Source: Actinomycetota bacterium (GTDB lineage Bacteria > Actinomycetota > UBA4738 > HRBIN12). Taken from it: 64,000 nucleotides of DNA. The translations under genes and the position numbers were made by a program. The DNA is taken from NCBI GenBank assembly GCA_035573995.1, contig DATLZM010000004.1:7649-71648 (forward strand). Direction: 5' to 3'. This document shows positions 41,623-49,685 of this stretch, in pieces; positions within the stretch are counted from its first letter, which is position 1; each line of letters starts with the position of its first letter. The notes beneath the pieces are model-generated. The model saw nothing but the letters and a program-made list of their open reading frames with translations, ran no database searches and was not told the origin of the DNA.

Positions 41623-42176
41623 GGTCCAAGGACCGGCTCGAGCTCCCGGCGGAGGGCGCGGCGGGCCCGGTGGAGCACGGCCTTGGCCGCCGGGACGCTG
41701 GTGCCCATGGCCCGGGCCAGCTCCTCGGCCCGCATCCCGAGCCCGTCCTTGAGGAGGAGGGCGGTCCGGTAGCGCTCGGGCATCCCGGCCAGGGCCTCCA
41801 CCACCCGCCGGCGGGCCTCGGCCTCGGCGGCGAGCTCGTCGGGCCCCGGGCCCGGGTCGGGGGGCTCCCCCGCGCCTCCCTCGCCCGTGGCCAGGGCTTC
41901 GAGCATCTCGTCGAGGGAGGCCGGCGCCCGCCGCCTCCGGAGCATCCGGCACTCGTTCGTGGCGATCCGGTGGAGCCAGGTCCGCAGGCTCGCCTCCCAG
42001 CGGAACCCGTCGAGGTGCTGGACGGCCTTGAGGAGCGTGGACTGGGCCACGTCCTCGGCGTCCTCCCGGTGGCGGCAGAGCTGCCGGGCCAGCCGCCACA
42101 CGTCGTCGCGGTAACGCCAGACGGCGTCGCGCGGGTCCGGGCTCACGGGCGCCCCCATCCGGCGCCCACGATACAC
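41619..42176 (-). CDS. ECF-type RNA polymerase sigma factor (second in window)
   Basis: VWRLARQLCRHREDAEDVAQSTLLKAVQHLDGFRWEASLRTWLHRIATNEC (region 2); MPERYRTALLLKDGLGMRAEELARAMGTSVPAAKAVLHRARRAL (region 4). Alternative start ATG 42158. Confidence 0.85.
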   Translation of the reverse strand: MYRGRRMGAPVSPDPRDAVWRYRDDVWRLARQLCRHREDAEDVAQSTLLKAVQHLDGFRWEASLRTWLHRIATNECRMLRRRRAPASLDEMLEALATGEGGAGEPPDPGPGPDELAAEAEARRRVVEALAGMPERYRTALLLKDGLGMRAEELARAMGTSVPAAKAVLHRARRALRRELEPVLGP

Positions 42177-42191
42177 GCGCCCGGGGCCCGG

Positions 42192-42638
42192 TCAGCCGGC
42201 CACCAGGACGCCGGTCATCCCCGCCTCCGCGTGGCCGGGTACGGAGCAGAGGAAGGGGTAGCGGCCCGGGGTCGGGACCGTGAGGGAGGCGGCGGCGGTC
42301 CCGCCGGGCGGGGCCTCCAGGCGGAACCCCAGCGCGGGGATCGTGAGGTCGTGGAGGGCCGCCCCCTCGTTCCGGAGCACGAGGTTCACGGTGGTCCCCG
42401 GCTCGACCCGCACCTCCGCGGGCGAGAACGAGAAGTCCCGGGCGATCACCTCGACCTCCGGGGCGCCCGGCGCCGGCGGGGCGGGGAGGGCCGCGGGCGC
42501 CCCGTGCATCCACCGGTGCATCCAGCCGTGCCGCCAGGGCCAGGCACCCGCGGCGCCGCCCAGGCCGCCGACCGCGGTGAGCCCGAGGCCCAGCAGGCCG
42601 GCCGCGAGCAGGACGGCGCCCAGGGCCCTCCGGCTCAT
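42192..42638 (-). CDS. membrane-anchored cupredoxin (type-1 copper) protein with Trp/His/Met-rich linker
   Basis: 148 aa from ATG 42638 (ATGA overlap with the SHOCT gene): signal/anchor, WPWRHGWMHRWMHG, then FSPAEVRVEPGTTVNLVLRNEGAALHDL...GRYPFLCSVPGHAEAGMTG. Confidence 0.75.
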   Translation of the reverse strand: MSRRALGAVLLAAGLLGLGLTAVGGLGGAAGAWPWRHGWMHRWMHGAPAALPAPPAPGAPEVEVIARDFSFSPAEVRVEPGTTVNLVLRNEGAALHDLTIPALGFRLEAPPGGTAAASLTVPTPGRYPFLCSVPGHAEAGMTGVLVAG

Positions 42639-42853
42639 CGGCGGCTCCCGGAGAGCACCTCGAGGCGGCGCCGGAACTCCTCCTCGTCGATCTCCCCGCG
42701 GGCGAACCGCTCCTCGAGGATCCGCCGGGCCTCGGTGCGGCCGTCGGCCTCGGGGCGGCGGAGCAGCAGCACGATCCCCGCCACGATGAGCGCGAGGAAC
42801 GCGAGCCACAGGAACGGCATCCACCACCCGTACCAACCGGGTCCCCACATCAT
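42635..42853 (-). CDS. SHOCT-domain small membrane protein
   Basis: MMWGPGWYGWWMPFLWLAFLALIVAGIVLLL + RRILEERFARGEIDEEEFRRRLEVL. Confidence 0.7.
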   Translation of the reverse strand: MMWGPGWYGWWMPFLWLAFLALIVAGIVLLLRRPEADGRTEARRILEERFARGEIDEEEFRRRLEVLSGSRR

Positions 42854-42875
42854 CGACGTCCACCCCCATGGAGGC

Positions 42876-42904
42876 CGGGGGCGCGGGGCTCGCCCGCGCC
42901 CCCG
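42876..42904 (-). terminator. 12-bp GC hairpin after hsp20
   Basis: cGGGGGCGCGGG gctcg CCCGCGCCCCCg, 10 nt downstream of the hsp20 stop at 42915. No U tract. Confidence 0.5.
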
Positions 42905-42914
42905 ACCGAGCTCC

Positions 42915-43418
42915 TCAGGCGGCCTTCCGGCCGCGGATCGCCTTCCGCCGCTCGCCGGCCACCTTCACCGGGATCTTCTTCCGCTCCGGGAGGGCGGCGG
43001 CCTTGGGGACGACGACCTCCAGGATCCCGTCCTGGTACGTCGCCGTGATGTCCTCCGGCTTCACCCCCTCCGGGAGCGAGACGGCCCGCTCGAAGCTGCC
43101 GCGCGCCACCTCCCGGCGGAGGTAGCCTTCGCCCTTCTCCTCCTCCTCGAAGCGGCGCTCGCCCCGCACGCAGAGCATGCCGTCCTCGACGGTGATCTCG
43201 AGCTCCTTCTCGGGGTCCACCCCGGGCAGCTCGAACCGGACCACGAGGTCCTCGCCCCTGGTCAGCACGTCGCACGCGGGGGTCCACTCCCGCGGCCGAG
43301 CCGGCAGGACCGGGGCCAGGCGCTCGAGCGAGTCGAACGCGTCCCGGAACAGCCGCTCCATCTGCCGCTCGAAGGCGGCCAGCTCGTCCCAGGGATCCCA
43401 GCGCACCAGCGCGGTCAT
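42915..43418 (-). CDS. Hsp20/alpha-crystallin family small heat-shock protein
   Basis: 167 aa from ATG 43418 (residue 26 of ORF 42915..43493; GAGGAGGTGAGGAGGCG upstream): WDPWDELAAFERQMERLF...PACDVLTRGEDLVVRFELPGVDPEKELEITVEDGMLCVRGER...GSFERAVSLPEGVKPEDITATYQDGILEVVVPK. Confidence 0.9.
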   Translation of the reverse strand: MTALVRWDPWDELAAFERQMERLFRDAFDSLERLAPVLPARPREWTPACDVLTRGEDLVVRFELPGVDPEKELEITVEDGMLCVRGERRFEEEEKGEGYLRREVARGSFERAVSLPEGVKPEDITATYQDGILEVVVPKAAALPERKKIPVKVAGERRKAIRGRKAA

Positions 43419-43665
43419 CGCCTCCTCACCTCCTCGCACGTCCCGAAGGCTCCACCGGCACCGATGCACGTCCCGCCCCGGCGGTGCGCCCACGGCTCGC
43501 GCCGGGGCCTCCCGACCCCAGGCAAGCGCGCCAGGGCACGGCCGTCAAGGGCGAGGGTCCCGCCGGTCGAGGGAAGGGTGGCCCCCGCACCGTTCCGCGC
43601 CGCCGTGCATCGATGCCGGGGGCGGCCGGATCGGCCGCCGGACCGGAACGCGAGGAGGTCGGAGG

Positions 43666-44340
43666 ATGATCGGGACGATCGGGACGAGGGAGCGCGAGGC
43701 GCTCCGTCGGGCCCTGGCGGGCCTGGCCGGGGAGGTCCGGCTCCTGGTCTTCACGGACCGGGCCGGCGGCCGCGCCGCCTGCCCGTTCTGCGAGGAGACG
43801 GTGCGCCTGGCGGAGGAGCTGGCGGCGGCCTCGGAGCGGGTCCGCCTCGAGGTCCACGACCTGCGCGAGGAGCCCGAGGTCGCGGCGGCCCACGGCGTGG
43901 AGCGGGTCCCCGCCCTGGCGCTCCTCGGCGCCGATGGGCGGGACCCGGGGATCCGGTTCCTCGGGATCCCGGCGGGGTTCGAGCTGGCCACGGTGATCCA
44001 GGCCCTGGCGCTGCTGGCCTCGGGCGAGCACGGGCTGCGCCCGACGACGGTGGAGGCCCTCGCGGGGCTCGGGCGCGAGGTCCGGATCCGGGTGTTCGTC
44101 ACCCCCACCTGCCCGTACTGCCCTCGGGCGGCGCTCACCGCGATCCAGATGGCGATGGCCTCCGACCGGGTGCGCGCCGAGGTCGTCGAGGTTTCCGAGT
44201 TCCCCGACCTCGGCGACCGGTACGGGGTCTACGGGGTGCCCAAGACCGTGGTCGACGACGCGGTGGAGCTCGAGGGCGCGGCGCCCGAGGAGGTCGTGGT
44301 GGAGGCGGTGCTCCGCGCGGCCGGGAGGGGGGAGCGATGA
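43666..44340 (+). CDS. two-unit thioredoxin-fold protein disulfide oxidoreductase (glutaredoxin-like, PDO type)
   Basis: 224 aa from ATG 43666 (GAGGAGGTCGGAGG upstream). First unit has CPFC, second unit has CPYC (VFVTPTCPYCPRAA...YGVYGVPKTVV). Confidence 0.7.
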   Translation: MIGTIGTREREALRRALAGLAGEVRLLVFTDRAGGRAACPFCEETVRLAEELAAASERVRLEVHDLREEPEVAAAHGVERVPALALLGADGRDPGIRFLGIPAGFELATVIQALALLASGEHGLRPTTVEALAGLGREVRIRVFVTPTCPYCPRAALTAIQMAMASDRVRAEVVEVSEFPDLGDRYGVYGVPKTVVDDAVELEGAAPEEVVVEAVLRAAGRGER

Positions 44341-44792
44341 GCGACCGCCCCGAGGCCACGGTCGTGCTCGAGCTCGAGGAGGGCTACCGGTTCCGGGCCG
44401 ACCTCGGGCTGCCCGGCGTCCCGCCGCTCGTCCTCGACGAGCCGCCGCCGCTCGGCGAGGGGGCCGGCCCCGACGCCGCCCGGGTCCTCGCCGCCGCGGT
44501 GGGCGACTGCCTCTCGGCGAGCGCCCTGTTCTGCCTGCGGAAGGCGAGGGTCGAGGTGCGGGGGATGCGGACCGAGGTGTCGGTCTCGTTCGCGCGGAAC
44601 GAGCGGGGACGCCTCCGGATCGGGGGCATCGGGGTCCGGATCCATCCGGAGGTCGCCCGGGGGGACGTCGGCCGGATCCGGCGGTGCCTGGAGATCTTCG
44701 AGGACTTCTGCGTCGTCACGCAGAGCGTCCGGGGTGGGATCGACGTGCGGGTGGAGGTCGAACCCGTTGCGGTCCAGGGCGAGGTGGCCTGA
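44337..44792 (+). CDS. OsmC-family protein (peroxiredoxin-like)
   Basis: 151 aa, ATGA overlap with the PDO stop. ...LLAAAVGDCLSASALFCLRKARV...IFEDFCVVTQSV places the two Cys as in OsmC/Ohr-like proteins. Confidence 0.7.
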   Translation: MSDRPEATVVLELEEGYRFRADLGLPGVPPLVLDEPPPLGEGAGPDAARVLAAAVGDCLSASALFCLRKARVEVRGMRTEVSVSFARNERGRLRIGGIGVRIHPEVARGDVGRIRRCLEIFEDFCVVTQSVRGGIDVRVEVEPVAVQGEVA

Positions 44793-44799
44793 GCGGTCG

Positions 44800-45906
44800 T
44801 CAGCTGACCGAGACGCCGATCGCGCGGCCGATCCCGAACGTGGCCGCCGCGGCGAGCGCGCCGATCGCGAGCTGGCGCAGGCCCCCCCGGAGCATCGGCC
44901 GCCCGGTGAGGAGGGACACGGCCGCCCCGAGGCCGAAGAGCCCGACGGCGGCCAGGCCCAGGGAGCCGACGAAGGCGGCGCCGCCCCCGGCCACGGCGAA
45001 GGGCAGGACGGGGATGGCGGCCCCCAGGGCGAACGAGAGGAAGCTCGCGATGGCCACGCCCCACGGCGAGCCGAGCTCCTCGGGGTTGAGCCCCAGCTCC
45101 TCCCGGGCCTTCGTGTCGAGGGCGTGGGCGGGGTCGGCCATGATCCGCTTCGCCAGCAGCTCGGCCTCCTCCTTCGGGATGCCCTTGGCGCGGTAGATCA
45201 GGGCCAGCTCGTTCTCCTCCTCCTCCGGCATCGCCTCGAGCTCCTCGGCCTCGAGGGCGATCTCCCGCTCGAACAGCTCGCGCTGCGAGCGCACCGAGAC
45301 GTACTCGCCGGCGCCCATCGAGAACGCGCCGGCCAGGAGCCCGGCCACCCCCGCGAGCAGCACGAACCGCTCGTCGGCCCGGCTCCCCGCCACCCCCATC
45401 ACCAGGGCGAGGTTCGAGACCAGGCCGTCGTTGGCCCCGAAGACGGCGGCCCGGAGCGAGCCCGAGGCGTCGCCCCGGTGCCAGCGCTCGCCGCGGAGGA
45501 TCTGGGCCCGGACCGCGGTGGGGGAGAGGCTGGCCACCACCCGCCGGTGGATCCGCTCGTCGATCGCCATCGACGGCTTCGCCGCCGGCTCGTGGTCGTA
45601 ATGGGTGGCGTCGGCCGCCTCGGCCCGCTCGACGACCGGCAGCATCGCCCGGGCCCCGAGCCGCCGGACCGCCCAGGCCAGGAGGCGGGCCCGGAGCGAG
45701 GGCCGGTGGTCCTCCGGGCGCGGCGCGGGCTCCCCCAGCTCCTCGAGCTTGGCGGCCCAGTGCGCCGCGTGGCGCTCCTCGGCCCGGGCGAGCTCGAGGA
45801 AGATCTCGCGCTGCTCGCCCTCGGAGCGCTCGGCGAGCGCGCGGTAGAGGAGCGCGCCGTCCATCTCGGCCGCCCAGTGTTCGCGGAACCGCTCGGCGTC
45901 CCCCAC
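44800..45906 (-). CDS. Er-VIT1 / membrane-bound ferritin-like iron exporter, copy 2
   Basis: 368 aa from GTG 45906. Colinear with copy 1 (2069..3202) and nearly identical over the VIT1 core (AAVFGANDGLVSNLALVMGVAGS...SMGAGEYVSVRSQRELFEREIALEAEE...). Confidence 0.85.
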   Translation of the reverse strand: MGDAERFREHWAAEMDGALLYRALAERSEGEQREIFLELARAEERHAAHWAAKLEELGEPAPRPEDHRPSLRARLLAWAVRRLGARAMLPVVERAEAADATHYDHEPAAKPSMAIDERIHRRVVASLSPTAVRAQILRGERWHRGDASGSLRAAVFGANDGLVSNLALVMGVAGSRADERFVLLAGVAGLLAGAFSMGAGEYVSVRSQRELFEREIALEAEELEAMPEEEENELALIYRAKGIPKEEAELLAKRIMADPAHALDTKAREELGLNPEELGSPWGVAIASFLSFALGAAIPVLPFAVAGGGAAFVGSLGLAAVGLFGLGAAVSLLTGRPMLRGGLRQLAIGALAAAATFGIGRAIGVSVS

Positions 45907-46016
45907 GCTCCCGAGGATATCGTGGGAGGAAGCGGGGCCGCGGGCGGCCCGGGTTGCGCCCCGGGCGGCGAGGGTGGATGGTCCCGGTGGGGAACGGACG
46001 GCCGGAGGAGGACGGC

Positions 46017-46754
46017 ATGGCACCGGGGATGCGGGTCCGAGACGTGATGACGACCGAGGTCCGCACGGTCCGACCGGACACGCCGGTGAAGGACGTGGCC
46101 CGGGCGATGCACGACGCGCGGGTGAGCGGGGTCCCGGTGGTCGACGACGAGGGGCGGCTCGTGGGGATCGTGACCGAGGCGGACCTCCTGTTGCTCGAGG
46201 AAGAGCCGCCGGTGCCGCGGGGCCGGCGGCGGAGCTTCCTCGAGTGGTTCCTGCGCCCGGCGCGCTTCGCCGAGGTCGAGGGCCGGGCCGGGGGGCTCCG
46301 GGCCGAGGATGTGATGACCAGGGAGGTGGTGACGGTCGGCCCCGACACCACGGTGCGGGAGGCGGTCCGGGTCCTGCTCGAGACCGGCGTCAAGCGGCTC
46401 CCGGTGGTGGACGAGGATCGGCGGGTGGTGGGCATCGTGAGCCGGGGTGACCTCCTGGGGCCGTTCCTCCGGCCCGACGAGGAGCTCGAGCGCGAGATCC
46501 GAGAGGACGTGCTGGTCCGCACGATGTGGATCGACCCCGACGAGGTGAAGGTCCGGGTGGATCACGGGGTCGTGACGCTCGAGGGGGAGGTCGAGCAGCG
46601 GAGCGTCAAGGAGATCCTGCTCGAGCTGGTCGCCAGGGTGGACGGGGTGGTCGGGGTGGAGGACCGGCTCCGCTACCGGATCGACGACCGGAAGGTCCGA
46701 CCCGAGCGACGCGACGAGCTGGGCTGGGGCGAGAACTGGGTGCGCACCCCGTGA
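46017..46754 (+). CDS. CBS-CBS-BON domain protein, paralog 2
   Basis: ATG 46017 with GGAGGAGGACGGC upstream. VRDVMTTEVRTV...VSGVPVVDDEGRLVGIVTEADLL; AEDVMTREVVTV...VKRLPVVDEDRRVVGIVSRGDLL; BON: VRVDHGVVTLEGEVEQRSVKEILLELVARVDGVVGVEDRL. Confidence 0.85.
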   Translation: MAPGMRVRDVMTTEVRTVRPDTPVKDVARAMHDARVSGVPVVDDEGRLVGIVTEADLLLLEEEPPVPRGRRRSFLEWFLRPARFAEVEGRAGGLRAEDVMTREVVTVGPDTTVREAVRVLLETGVKRLPVVDEDRRVVGIVSRGDLLGPFLRPDEELEREIREDVLVRTMWIDPDEVKVRVDHGVVTLEGEVEQRSVKEILLELVARVDGVVGVEDRLRYRIDDRKVRPERRDELGWGENWVRTP

Positions 46755-46773
46755 ACCGGGAGGAGGTGGAGGA

Positions 46774-47928
46774 GTGCGACGGGTGGTGATCCTGGGCGGG
46801 GGGACCGGCGGCGCGGTCGCCGCCCGCCGGTTCGGGCAGTGGGCCCGGGAGGGGGAGGTCGAGGTCGTGCTGGTCGACCGGAGCCCCTACCACGAGTACC
46901 GCCCGAGCTACCTGTGGGTGATGACGGGGAAGCGCGAGCCCGACGACGTTCGGCGCCCGCTCGAGCTGCTCGGGCCGAGGTACGGGACCCGGGTGGTGCG
47001 GGCCGAGGTGACCCGGATCGACCCCGACGCCCGGCGGGTCGAGGCCGGCGCCGACGCCTTCGACTACGACTTCCTGATCGTGGCCCTGGGCGCGGCGCTC
47101 CGCCCGGACCCCTCGTTCGACGGGCTCGAGGCGCCCTGGGAGCTCGACCACGCCGTGGCCCTGCGTGGGCGGTTGGCGGGGTTCTCGGGCGGGCGGGTCG
47201 TGGTGGGGCCGGTCTCCTGGCCGTACCGATGCCCGCCGGCCCCCTTCGAGGTGGCCTTCATGCTCCGCTACCTCGCCGAGCAGCGCCACGTCTCGGACCG
47301 GACCGAGATCACCGTGTTCCACCCGTGGGAGCGGCCCATGGAGACCTTCGGCCCGCTCATGGTGGAGGGCTTCACGCGGTTCCTCGACGACTTCGGGGTC
47401 CGCTTCGAGGGTGGCTTCGAGCTCGCCGCCCACGACCGGGATGCCCGGGTGCTCCGGGCGGCGGACGGACGGGAGCTCCCCTACGACCTGGGGATCGTGG
47501 TCCCGCCGCACGAAGCCCCGGCGCCCGTGCGCGGCTCCCCCCTGGCCGGGCCGGAGGGGTACATGGACGTGGCGCTCCCCTCGATGGCCTCGCCGCGCTA
47601 CCCCGAGGTGTTCGGGATCGGAGACGTCGTCGCGCCCTCCATCGGCCTGGGGATGGCGGGCGTCTTCGCCCACTTCCAGGCCGACCACGTGGTGACCCAG
47701 ATCCTGGACCGGATCCGGGGCGCGTTCATGGGCGAGCTCTACAACATGGTCGGGGTCTGCGTGATGGACACCGGCCACATGGGGGCCGCCGTGTGGTGCG
47801 ACTTCTCCGACAAGCTCTTCGGCCGTGCGCCCTACCCCGACTGCCGCCTGCTCGGCGGGATGCGCCTGTTCCGGGCGGTGAAGGAGGGGTTCGAGCGCTT
47901 CTGGTTCGCCCACCTCTTCGGACGGTAG
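46774..47928 (+). CDS. FAD-dependent pyridine nucleotide-disulfide oxidoreductase, sulfide:quinone oxidoreductase-like
   Basis: RVVILGGGTGGAVAA (FAD fold), YRCPPAPFEVAFML, GIGDVV. GGGAGGAGGTGGAGGA before the GTG. Confidence 0.7.
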   Translation: MRRVVILGGGTGGAVAARRFGQWAREGEVEVVLVDRSPYHEYRPSYLWVMTGKREPDDVRRPLELLGPRYGTRVVRAEVTRIDPDARRVEAGADAFDYDFLIVALGAALRPDPSFDGLEAPWELDHAVALRGRLAGFSGGRVVVGPVSWPYRCPPAPFEVAFMLRYLAEQRHVSDRTEITVFHPWERPMETFGPLMVEGFTRFLDDFGVRFEGGFELAAHDRDARVLRAADGRELPYDLGIVVPPHEAPAPVRGSPLAGPEGYMDVALPSMASPRYPEVFGIGDVVAPSIGLGMAGVFAHFQADHVVTQILDRIRGAFMGELYNMVGVCVMDTGHMGAAVWCDFSDKLFGRAPYPDCRLLGGMRLFRAVKEGFERFWFAHLFGR

Positions 47929-47938
47929 GAGGTCCGCG

Positions 47939-48391
47939 ATGCCCGACGCCCCCGTTCTCACCGAGGCCGACCGGCAGGCCCTGGATCGGCTGCTCGCGCG
48001 CCTGGCCCGCTCGGCCGACGCCGTGGAACAGGTCCTCGACCTCGTCGACAGGGTCGCCGACAGCGGCAACCTGGCGGCCCTCACGGGCGTGCTCGAGAGC
48101 TTCGATGAGAACTTCAGCGCGGCCACGAGGCCGGAGCTCATGACGATGGTCGCGAACCTGATGATGCTGGCCGGGCTCCTGGGGCAGGTCCGCTACGAGC
48201 CCTTCTTCCACGCGGCGATGCGGGTGCCGGCGACGCTCGACGAGGCGTACGAGCGCTTCCGGACCCGCACCCGGCCGATGGGCGTCCGCGAGATGCTCCG
48301 ACTGCTCCGGAGCCCGGAGCTGGCCGGCGCCCTCGAGCTGGTCGTGGCCGTGGCCAGGGCCCTGCGCGCGGAGCCCGGGCGCGCGTCGTGA
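47939..48391 (+). CDS. DUF1641-domain protein
   Basis: 150-aa helical ORF (…VDRVADSGNLAALTGVLESFDE…LLRSPELAGALELVV) following an SQR/NDH-2-like gene, the usual DUF1641 context. Confidence 0.6.
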   Translation: MPDAPVLTEADRQALDRLLARLARSADAVEQVLDLVDRVADSGNLAALTGVLESFDENFSAATRPELMTMVANLMMLAGLLGQVRYEPFFHAAMRVPATLDEAYERFRTRTRPMGVREMLRLLRSPELAGALELVVAVARALRAEPGRAS

Positions 48392-49077
48392 GGGGGAGGG
48401 CGGTCGTGGCGCGCGCGCTGGTGTTCGACGTGAACGAGACCCTCCTCGACCTCTCGGTGCTCCGGGAGCCGTTCGCCCGGGCCTTCGGCGAGCCGCCCCC
48501 GCTCGGCGAGTGGTTCGCCCGCCTGCTCCACGCGTCGCTCGTGTCCACCCTGACCGACGCCTACGAGGACTTCGGCGCGCTCGCCGGGAAGGCCCTGGAG
48601 GCGGTGGCGGCCCGGCGCGGGGTGGAGGTCGGGGAGCGGGAGCGGGAGGAGGTGGTGGCGACGATGCGCTCGCTCCCACCGCACCGGGAGGTCCCCGGCG
48701 CCCTGGAGCGGCTCCGCGCCGCCGGGTTCCCCCTCGCCACCCTCACGAACTCCCCGCCGGCGATGGCCCGGGCCCAGCTCGAGCACGCCGGGATCGCGGG
48801 GCTGTTCGACCACGTCCTCTCCGTGGAGGAGGTCCGCCGGTACAAGCCCGCCCCCGAGCCCTACCGGATGGCGGCCGAGCGCCTCGGCCTCCCTCCGTCC
48901 GAGGTGCGGCTGGTGGCGGCGCACGACTGGGACGTCTGGGGCGCGCTGCGGGCGGGCTGCCGCGGGGCCTACGTGGCCCGGACCCCCGGGCCGTTCTCGT
49001 TCGGGGAACCGCCCGACGTCGTGGGCCCCGACCTCGCGTCGGTGGCCGACGCGATCCTCGCCGCGGACCGGCCCTGA
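48388..49077 (+). CDS. HAD-superfamily hydrolase (haloacid dehalogenase type II-like)
   Basis: LVFDVNETLLDL (motif I), TLTNS (II), KPAPEPY..., AAHDWDVWGA (IV). GTGA overlap with the upstream stop. Confidence 0.8.
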   Translation: MRGRAVVARALVFDVNETLLDLSVLREPFARAFGEPPPLGEWFARLLHASLVSTLTDAYEDFGALAGKALEAVAARRGVEVGEREREEVVATMRSLPPHREVPGALERLRAAGFPLATLTNSPPAMARAQLEHAGIAGLFDHVLSVEEVRRYKPAPEPYRMAAERLGLPPSEVRLVAAHDWDVWGALRAGCRGAYVARTPGPFSFGEPPDVVGPDLASVADAILAADRP

Positions 49078-49085
49078 GCGGCGCG

Positions 49086-49541
49086 TCAGAGGTACCGCGA
49101 GGCGGCCTGGCGCTCCTCCCGCTCCCGGTGGGCCTCGAGGGCCCGGCGGCGCATCTCCTCGAACTGGGCACGGGCCGCGAGGTGCTGGGCCCAGAGCGCG
49201 GCCTGGATCCCGTGCAGGAGACCCTCGAGCCACCCCGCGAGCTGCGCCTGCGCCACCCGGACCTCGCCCTCGGTGGGCAGCTCGGACAGGGGCGGCACGA
49301 GCGACTCGAGCTCCTCCCGGAGGTCCTCCGAGAGCAGGCCCTTCAGCTCCCGGAGGGTCCGCTCGTGGATCTCCCGGAACCGGGTCCGGGCGCGCTCGTC
49401 GAGCGGGATGGCCCGGACCTGTTCGAGCAGCTCCTGCACCATGGTCGCGATCCGGAGGAGCCGCGTCGGATGCTCCACGGTCTCCCGGGGGCGGGACGGC
49501 TCCGCCCGCCCCACGACGATCAGCCCGCCCTGCTCCTGCAT
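49086..49541 (-). CDS. bpa: bacterial proteasome activator Bpa/PafE family (DUF2587)
   Basis: PTRLLRIATMVQELLEQVRAIPLDERARTRFREIHERTLRELKGLLSEDLREELESL...EVRVAQAQLAGWLEGLLHGIQAALWAQ matches the Bpa core. The C-terminus is ...ASRYL. Confidence 0.75.
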   Translation of the reverse strand: MQEQGGLIVVGRAEPSRPRETVEHPTRLLRIATMVQELLEQVRAIPLDERARTRFREIHERTLRELKGLLSEDLREELESLVPPLSELPTEGEVRVAQAQLAGWLEGLLHGIQAALWAQHLAARAQFEEMRRRALEAHREREERQAASRYL

Positions 49542-49636
49542 GGGGCCACCTCCCCCTCGATGATGATGGCCCGGACGCCGGTGAGAGGGAAGGGCCCGGG
49601 TCCCGGTCCCGGGGGGACCTCCGACCCGGGGACGGG

Positions 49637-49664
49637 CCGCCCCTCCCGGAGGGGGGAGGGGCGG
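49637..49664 (-). terminator. 10-bp GC hairpin after the aquaporin gene
   Basis: CCGCCCCTCC cggagggg GGAGGGGCGG, 21 nt downstream of the stop at 49686. No U tract. Confidence 0.35.
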
Positions 49665-49685
49665 GGAGGGGCGGACCCGTCGCGG

